DNA of 64,000 nucleotides from Candidatus Latescibacterota bacterium (GTDB lineage: Bacteria; Latescibacterota; UBA2968; UBA8231), in contig OZ241889.1 in NCBI GenBank assembly GCA_965203355.1, positions 1,664,001-1,728,000 on the forward strand, given 5' to 3'. Each line of letters opens with the position of its first letter. The first letter of the stretch is position 1. Both the position numbers and the translations under genes were made by a program. The notes below the pieces were generated by a model. The model worked only from the letters and a program-made list of their open reading frames with translations, was not told where the DNA came from and ran no database searches. Positions 57,826 to 64,000 of the stretch are shown here, piece after piece.

Positions 57826-58768
57826 CCGTACTCGCGGTCTTCCGCAAGCGGCACGCGAAAAACCCCTCCATTCCCCCCAGCGGCAAAATTCGCTTGGCCC
57901 GCTGCACCTGTGCGTCAAACGCCTTCCCTCGCCACTCGCTCAAGCCCGACGTCACATTGGCAAAAGGCAGGGCGATGTCCTCAATGGTTAGGGCACCGGC
58001 GAACTGCCGCAGCACTCGGTTGATGATGGCCTCGTTTTCTTCGGGCGCGAAGGTGCAGGTCGCATAGACCAACACCCCGCCCGGCTTGAGGCATTGTATG
58101 GCTGCGTAGCAAAGCCGCCGCTGTTTACGGCTGGACTCGGCGATCTTCTTGGTGCTCCAATAGGCATAGGTTTTGGGCGCGTCGGCGCGGAATCGCCCTT
58201 CGGAGGAGCACGGCGCGTCGAGGAGCACGCGGTCGAAGTGCTCTGGATGGCGACGCCAGAAGCGGGTTCCGTCGGCGAGATGGGTTTGCACGTTTTCGGC
58301 TCCGTGCCGCGCCAGATTGTCCCGCAGGCGAAAGAAGCGGCCGCGCACGGACTCCACGGCCCAGATGTGCCCTTGGTTGCCCATCTGCTCGGCGAGTTGC
58401 AAGGTCTTGCTGCCCGGAGCGGCCCCGAGGTCGAGAATGCACTCCTCGCGTTGCGGTGCCAAGAGAAGCGGGGGCACCATGCTGGAGGGGTTTTGGATGT
58501 AGAGCCGGCCTTCGCGATAGGCCGCGCATTCGGTGAGGGCGCGGCGCTGAGCGGCCGGGACGACAAAGGCGTTGGCCTTCCAAACGAGCGGCGTCAGGGC
58601 AAAGTCCGCGGCCGCTAGCTCGGTAGCGAGTGCATCCGGCGTGCCCTTGAGTGCGTTGGCGCGGAAGGCCGTGGGCTGCTCAGCGGCCAAGCTCTGCCAA
58701 CAGGCGGCAAAGTGCTCGGCTGGCAGAATGGCCTGCAAACGGGCGCGAAAGGCTTCCGGTAGCGGCAC
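57803..58768 (-). CDS. RsmB/NOP family RNA m5C methyltransferase (RsmF-like)
   Basis: YIQNPSSM, DLGAAPGSKT, LDAPCS, YATCT..EENE. Confidence 0.9.
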   Translation of the reverse strand: MPLPEAFRARLQAILPAEHFAACWQSLAAEQPTAFRANALKGTPDALATELAAADFALTPLVWKANAFVVPAAQRRALTECAAYREGRLYIQNPSSMVPPLLLAPQREECILDLGAAPGSKTLQLAEQMGNQGHIWAVESVRGRFFRLRDNLARHGAENVQTHLADGTRFWRRHPEHFDRVLLDAPCSSEGRFRADAPKTYAYWSTKKIAESSRKQRRLCYAAIQCLKPGGVLVYATCTFAPEENEAIINRVLRQFAGALTIEDIALPFANVTSGLSEWRGKAFDAQVQRAKRILPLGGMEGFFACRLRKTASTVRDQPQH

Positions 58769-58773
58769 GGCAG

Positions 58774-59601
58774 CTAGGCCTTTGGGGGCACCTTGTCGCC
58801 GGTCGGCACGGGGTGGCTGAGCCAGTAGCCGCTCGGGTCGGTACCGCGGCAAATATAGCCGTGGGCGCGTTCTGCGCGGGTGCGCACCTCGGGCGGCATG
58901 TAGCGCAGGGTCAGGCCGCAGCGGCGGCGCGTGGAGCGGTTGGGGGCCGAGCCGTGTAACAGCAGGTCCGTGTGTAGGGACATCTGACCGGCGCGCAGGG
59001 TAAAAGCCACTGGCTCGCCGCCCCATTGAAGCGGATCGCGGACGCTCTGTCCCAAGACGTTTTGCTCCTCGGCTGTGCTGTGCTCAAAAGGAATCTGCCC
59101 GTGCAAATGCGAGCCGGGGACGACGGTCATTGGCCCGTTTTCTTCGTCCACATCGTCGATGGCCAGCCAAGCGGTCACCACCTTGCTTGGGGTCAGCGGC
59201 CAGTACGAGGCGTCTTGGTGCCAGACTACCTGTTTTTGGTCGCCCGGCTCCTTGCAAAAGTAGTGGGTCATAACGCTGACGAGATTGGGGCCGAGGAGGT
59301 CTTCGACGCAATCGAGAATGCGCGGCTCGTGTAGCAGGTCGTAGATGCCCCGGCAGTGGCGATGCCAGCCGTTGATCGAGTAGCTGTTGTGTCCGTTGGC
59401 CTTGGCTTCGGCCATGAGCGCGTCGAAATAGCGACGATTGGCCGCTGCTTCCTCGGGCGTGAACACGTCCAAGGGGCAGAGGTAGCCTTGTTCGTTGAAC
59501 TGGCGGATCTGAGCGCGGGTGAGCTTTTGCGGGTGGTCGGTGGTCGCGCTAAAAAATTTGAGCACGCGCTCCATGTCGGGCAGGGCGTCGGCGATGGGCA
59601 T
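58774..59601 (-). CDS. phytanoyl-CoA dioxygenase (PhyH) family protein
   Basis: WHQDASYW, NGPM.VVPGSH, HGSAPNRS..RR. Confidence 0.9.
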   Translation of the reverse strand: MPIADALPDMERVLKFFSATTDHPQKLTRAQIRQFNEQGYLCPLDVFTPEEAAANRRYFDALMAEAKANGHNSYSINGWHRHCRGIYDLLHEPRILDCVEDLLGPNLVSVMTHYFCKEPGDQKQVVWHQDASYWPLTPSKVVTAWLAIDDVDEENGPMTVVPGSHLHGQIPFEHSTAEEQNVLGQSVRDPLQWGGEPVAFTLRAGQMSLHTDLLLHGSAPNRSTRRRCGLTLRYMPPEVRTRAERAHGYICRGTDPSGYWLSHPVPTGDKVPPKA

Positions 59602-59688
59602 GGCGTTCTCCTGTTGAGTTGAGGGCCCCGGGGGGAAAGCTCTATTTTACGACGCGCAAATTTTACGCAAACCAACAAGGAGCACAAA

Positions 59689-60711
59689 ATGACTCAGTAC
59701 AAAGCCGGTGTGATCGGCTGCGGCAAGCGCGGCCGCGCCCACGCCGAAGGCTACCAAGCCGCCACCCAAGCGGCCATCGCAGCCTGTGCCGATCCGGTGG
59801 GAGCGGCCCGCGCGTCCTTTGCCGAGGACTTTGCCGCCGGATCTTCATACGAAGATTACCGCGCCATGCTAGCAAGCGAAGCCCTTGATGTGGTGAGCAT
59901 CTGCACGTGGACCGGCCTGCACCGCGAGATGGTCGAAGCCGCCGCGGCCGCTGGCGTCCAAGCCATCCACTGTGAAAAGCCCATGGCCAGTACGTGGGGC
60001 GATGCCAAGGCACTGGCTCGGGCCTGCGCCGACCGCGGCGTACTGCTGACCTTCTGCCACCAGCGCCGCTTTGGCGCGGCGTTTGTCAAGGCCAAAGAGT
60101 TGCTCGACGCAGGAGCCATAGGCACCCTCCAGCGGCTCGAAGGTGCCTGCTCCAACCTATTTGACTGGGGCACGCATTGGTTTGACATGTTCTTCTTTTA
60201 CAACGACGAGATACCGGTCGAATGGGTCATGGGCCAGATTGCCGTCGAATCCGAGCACTCGGTGTTTGGCGTGCCCTTAGACACCAGCGGCCTGTCGTGG
60301 ATCCGCTGGCAAAACGGCGTCGAGGGCCTGCTCGGCACCGGAGCGGCACACGTGCAAGGTCCGCGCAACCGCCTCATCGGCAGCGAGGGCATCATTGAAG
60401 TCGGCGGCGCCGAGCGCGCACCACTGCGGCTGTTGCGCTCCGGGGCGGCGTGGCAGGACTTTGCCGAGGCCGAGATCGCCGATGTCGTCCCACCGGGCGG
60501 CGACACCGTGCTGTCGGTGCTCGACCTGATCGCCTGTCTCGAAAGCGGTGCGGAGCCGCGCTTGTCGGCGCGCAAGGCCCTGCAAGCGACCGAACTGATT
60601 TTTGCCACCTACGAGTCGAGCCGTCGGCGCGGACGGGTGTTGCTTCCGCTCGATGCCGAGGACTCGGCCCTGATTACCATGCTACAAGAGGGGCAGGTCG
60701 GGCCGGGTTAG
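59689..60711 (+). CDS. Gfo/Idh/MocA family oxidoreductase
   Basis: GVIGCG, CEKPMA, HQRRF, DWGTHWFD. Confidence 0.9.
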   Translation: MTQYKAGVIGCGKRGRAHAEGYQAATQAAIAACADPVGAARASFAEDFAAGSSYEDYRAMLASEALDVVSICTWTGLHREMVEAAAAAGVQAIHCEKPMASTWGDAKALARACADRGVLLTFCHQRRFGAAFVKAKELLDAGAIGTLQRLEGACSNLFDWGTHWFDMFFFYNDEIPVEWVMGQIAVESEHSVFGVPLDTSGLSWIRWQNGVEGLLGTGAAHVQGPRNRLIGSEGIIEVGGAERAPLRLLRSGAAWQDFAEAEIADVVPPGGDTVLSVLDLIACLESGAEPRLSARKALQATELIFATYESSRRRGRVLLPLDAEDSALITMLQEGQVGPG

Positions 60712-61889
60712 TCGGTGCCGTGCCGGATGGCTGAGGCCGCAAAGCGGATCTGAAAGCGATAGACGCGCTTGTGCTGGCAGATAATTTCGTGCGTTTGGGG
60801 ATCGATGCGGTGGGGCACTTCGACGCGGTTGACATCGGCGAGGGCCTGATAGCCGCGCTCGGAAAAGATGTCGATCAGCATGGCCAAGGCCAAAGGATCG
60901 TCAAAGAGCACATCCTCGGAGTTGACGAGCGTCATGCCGGTGATGGCATAGCGAGTGACAATGGGCATGAACTTGAAGTTGACTTTGTCGATGACCCGCT
61001 GAAACAGCTCGGGATGATCCTCGTTGTAGTTCTCCAGCCGCTTGACCAGCTCTTGGCGTGCGTAGAGCACGAGGCGGCTGGCTGGCGTGATGGTGCGGAC
61101 GAGGTCGAAGGTCTTGTGCGAAAGCTCTAGCGAACTCTGGTAGGAAAACTCCTCCTCAATCTCCTGTTGTACCTTGGCGAGTGGCTGGCTGGCGTCGATG
61201 AAGCGAAAGTGGAAAATGGCGCGCAGCGAGCGCAACGCCTCAAAGGTCGTCTCCTTGAAAACTTGGTAGCGCTTACGCGCGGCGGCTGGGTCGAGGTCGG
61301 TGGCGCGAATTTCGGCGAGTTGGCCGACGCCTGACTCGGTGGCCTTGCGGTTGCGCTCTTGGGCCTCCCGACCGCGGTGGAGCTGGCGCTCGACGCTGAC
61401 CTCTTCATCGACGAAGAGCAACACGGTGCGGAAGAGGGGGCGCGGGAAGTTGTTGTTGCGGAATTCCTCGCGCAATTCGGTCATCTTGTCGTAGAACAGC
61501 TTGAGGCATTCGACCTGCACTTGGGTGCGCGGGTAGCCATCGACGATCACGCCGCGCTCGTAGATTGGGTCGAGTAGCTTGTGCAAGAGCAGGTAAGTGA
61601 CCTCCTCGTCGCCGACTAAGCCGCCAGCGTCCTTGATTTGTTGGGCGCGGGGGCTGTCGAGCAAGTCGCTGATCACGATGGCTGCGGCCGTAATGCCCCG
61701 CGCTTCGAGGATGAAGGGGGTATTGGTGCCTTTGCCGGCACCGGGTGCGCCGCCGAGCCAGATGATTTCTCCGGGAAAGCAGAGCTTGGTGCGACCGAAT
61801 TCTTGCTTTAGGTCGCTCCAGACGCGGTCGAAGATCAGGCTGGCGTCCTTGATCTCGAGATCGATGTGTTTGGATTTGGATTTCGCCAT
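60708..61889 (-). CDS. adenylate kinase family protein with C-terminal extension
   Basis: GGAPGAGKGT, GGLVGD, DGYPRT. 393 aa. Confidence 0.8.
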   Translation of the reverse strand: MAKSKSKHIDLEIKDASLIFDRVWSDLKQEFGRTKLCFPGEIIWLGGAPGAGKGTNTPFILEARGITAAAIVISDLLDSPRAQQIKDAGGLVGDEEVTYLLLHKLLDPIYERGVIVDGYPRTQVQVECLKLFYDKMTELREEFRNNNFPRPLFRTVLLFVDEEVSVERQLHRGREAQERNRKATESGVGQLAEIRATDLDPAAARKRYQVFKETTFEALRSLRAIFHFRFIDASQPLAKVQQEIEEEFSYQSSLELSHKTFDLVRTITPASRLVLYARQELVKRLENYNEDHPELFQRVIDKVNFKFMPIVTRYAITGMTLVNSEDVLFDDPLALAMLIDIFSERGYQALADVNRVEVPHRIDPQTHEIICQHKRVYRFQIRFAASAIRHGTD

Positions 61890-61904
61890 GCGCTTGGGCG
61901 GCTG

Positions 61905-62261
61905 CTATAGGCTGCGGAACGGTTCCCTATGGACCAGTTCTTCTACGACTTGCCCGCCGATCAAGTGCTCTTGGATGATGCGTTCCAGCTTTTCGACGGT
62001 CATGGAGTGGTACCAGACGCCTTCGGGATACACCACTACCGTCGGCCCGACCTCGCAGACGCGCAGGCAGTCGGCCTTGGTGCGGTGGATGCCGCCTTGG
62101 CCCGGATGGCCATAGCCCAGTTCGGACAAACGCTTCTTCAGGTATTCCCAGCACTCGGCCCCGGTACCGTCGCTGTGGCACTTGGGCTTGGTGGGCGTGG
62201 CGCAGAGAAAGATGTGGTGCTCAACCGGAGTGTAAGTCGGATCCGTGGCGTGTTCGCTCAT
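61905..62261 (-). CDS. thioredoxin-like [2Fe-2S] ferredoxin
   Basis: HIFLC..PKC..., [29 protein letters not shown]. Confidence 0.88.
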   Translation of the reverse strand: MSEHATDPTYTPVEHHIFLCATPTKPKCHSDGTGAECWEYLKKRLSELGYGHPGQGGIHRTKADCLRVCEVGPTVVVYPEGVWYHSMTVEKLERIIQEHLIGGQVVEELVHREPFRSL

Positions 62262-62262
62262 G

Positions 62263-63585
62263 TTAGGTCGGCCAGTGCTGGTTGAGGGGGCGATGGGTGA
62301 AGGGACGTGGGGCTGCGCCATTGTAGCCGTCGTAGCTATCGACGATGTGCCCGTCCCCTTCGAGGATGTACTTGTAAATGACCAATCCCTCCAGCCCCAC
62401 CGGGCCGCGGCTGTGCAGGCGGCTGGTGCTGATGCCGACCTCGGCACCTAGCCCGTAGCGGAAGCCATCGGCAAAGCGCGTCGAAGCGTTGTGCATCACC
62501 GAGGCCGAATCTACTCCACGCAAAAAGGCCCTGACCGCGGCTAGGTCCTCGGCGACGATTGCGTCCGTGTGGTTGCTGCCGTATTCGTTGATGTGGGCAA
62601 TCGCCTCGTCGGTGCTATCGACGATCTTAATCGACAGGATGTGGTCGAGATATTCGGTTGACCAGTCGACTTGGGTGGCCGGCGTCACCGCCCCGATGGA
62701 ATCGGCCAGGGCCACGGTACGCGCATCGCCGCGGATCAAAACACCTTTAGCGGTGAGTTGCTCAACCGCCCGCCCCATGAACTGCTCGGCAATAGCGGCG
62801 TGTACCAGCAGGGTCTCCGCTGCATTGCAGGCGGCGACGTACCCGATCTTTGAATCGATGGCTATAGGCACTGCCTTGTCGATGTCGGCACTCTCATCGA
62901 TGTACACGTGGCAGACGCCGTCGGCATGGCCCATCACCGGGATTTTGGTGTGGTTCATGATGTACTGTACGAACTCGTTGCTACCGCGTGGAATGATCAA
63001 GTCAACCAGCCCCTCTTGATCGAGCAGGGCGCGGACTTCTTCGCGGCCTGCCAATAGCACCATCCATCCCTCTGGCAGGATGTCATTAGTGGCTTGGCAC
63101 ATTACCTCGGCGAGGATCTGATTGGTCATCGTGGCCTCGCGTCCTCCCTTGAGTAGGACGGCATTACCCGATTTGAGACACAACGCAGCTATTTGCACCA
63201 AGGCGTCGGGCCGGGATTCAAAGACCACGCCGATGACGCCGATGGGCACGGTTACCCGATAGAGGTAAAGTTGGGCTTGCAACTCGGTCGCCTTCTGCGT
63301 CTGGTTCAATGGGTCGGGCTGGGCAGTGACGCTACGCACCATCTCCACTGTGCTGGCGAATTTGTTCCCGCTTAGGTCGAGCCGCTTGAGCAGGGGAGAG
63401 GCGAGCCCACCTTGCTCGCCGGATTTTAGGTCTTGGGCGTTAGCGGCTAAGATGCGCTCGCGCTGGGCTTCGAGGGCCGCGGCAATGGCTTCGAGCGCTT
63501 GGTTGCGCACCGCCTCAGACGTTGCGGCAAGCACGCGCGATGCAGCGCGGGCCGCTAGGGCTTGTTGGCGCACTGGAGCGGACAT
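62263..63585 (-). CDS. proA: gamma-glutamyl phosphate reductase
   Basis: [43 protein letters not shown]. Confidence 0.96.
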   Translation of the reverse strand: MSAPVRQQALAARAASRVLAATSEAVRNQALEAIAAALEAQRERILAANAQDLKSGEQGGLASPLLKRLDLSGNKFASTVEMVRSVTAQPDPLNQTQKATELQAQLYLYRVTVPIGVIGVVFESRPDALVQIAALCLKSGNAVLLKGGREATMTNQILAEVMCQATNDILPEGWMVLLAGREEVRALLDQEGLVDLIIPRGSNEFVQYIMNHTKIPVMGHADGVCHVYIDESADIDKAVPIAIDSKIGYVAACNAAETLLVHAAIAEQFMGRAVEQLTAKGVLIRGDARTVALADSIGAVTPATQVDWSTEYLDHILSIKIVDSTDEAIAHINEYGSNHTDAIVAEDLAAVRAFLRGVDSASVMHNASTRFADGFRYGLGAEVGISTSRLHSRGPVGLEGLVIYKYILEGDGHIVDSYDGYNGAAPRPFTHRPLNQHWPT

Positions 63586-63587
63586 GT

Positions 63588-64000
63588 CTAGTTCGCCTCG
63601 GCGGCGTGCGCGGTGGCCGCTCCCATGATGGACTGCAAGCTCTGACCCAGCCGCTGTGGGTTTTCGACTGTGCCCTCGCCTAGCAATACGAAGTCAACTA
63701 GAAAATGCGCCCAATTTTCCAGTTGCGCGGAGCCGCGGTCGCGCTTGAGCACGGCGGCCATGTTGCGGATGATTTCGTGCTTGGGGTTGATCTCCAGCCG
63801 CCGCCGATGGCCCTTGAACTCGCGGTCGGCCAGCTTCATCAGCCGCTCCATGTTCTGGCTCAGGCCGCCCGGCGGAGCGACCAAGACGCAAGGGCTATCG
63901 GTCAGGCGCTTGGACTCGACCACGTCTGCGACCCGGCCTTCGAGTTGCTTTTTTAGGAAGCTGATCAACTCGATGGTCTCGGCTTTCTGCTCCTCATCGA
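63588..64000 (-). CDS. htpG: molecular chaperone HtpG, C-terminal part (runs off window end)
   Basis: SKRLTDSPCVLV, MERLMK, LEINPKHEII. Confidence 0.88.
   Translation of the reverse strand, partial: DEEQKAETIELISFLKKQLEGRVADVVESKRLTDSPCVLVAPPGGLSQNMERLMKLADREFKGHRRRLEINPKHEIIRNMAAVLKRDRGSAQLENWAHFLVDFVLLGEGTVENPQRLGQSLQSIMGAATAHAAEAN

Overview
GC-rich bacterial chromosomal segment, densely packed with housekeeping genes. It holds rpsA (partial), cmk, rluB, scpAB, gcvH-accC-accB-efp, recN, xseAB, ymdB-rny-zapA/B-pheTS-rplT-rpmI, surE, accD, a TPR-ExbB-ExbD-ExbD-TonB cluster, nrdR-nrdJ, map, topA-xerC, thyA, bamD-nadD-thrC, proA and htpG (partial), plus six tRNAs. Outer-membrane proteins (two Omp85-type, one TonB-dependent receptor) show a diderm. 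Gene order and the scattered sugar-acid, PhyH and Gfo/Idh/MocA genes suggest an FCB-related lineage such as Latescibacterota (inference only). I found no CRISPR array, rRNA, transposase or intact prophage, and no clearly new multi-gene system. The best leads are: an RNase Y that has lost several HD metal ligands; an HNH nuclease heading the scpAB operon; a TPR protein with five acidic LxxLL-helix repeats; a peptidase/beta-propeller/Omp85 fusion with a coupled 49-aa sORF; a decayed zone beside tRNA-Lys (NupC relic, phage-like ORF, dif-like half-site); a frameshifted thrC; a PqqU-like receptor; and an adenylate kinase with a long C-terminal extension. All family calls come from motif recognition by eye, not database searches.
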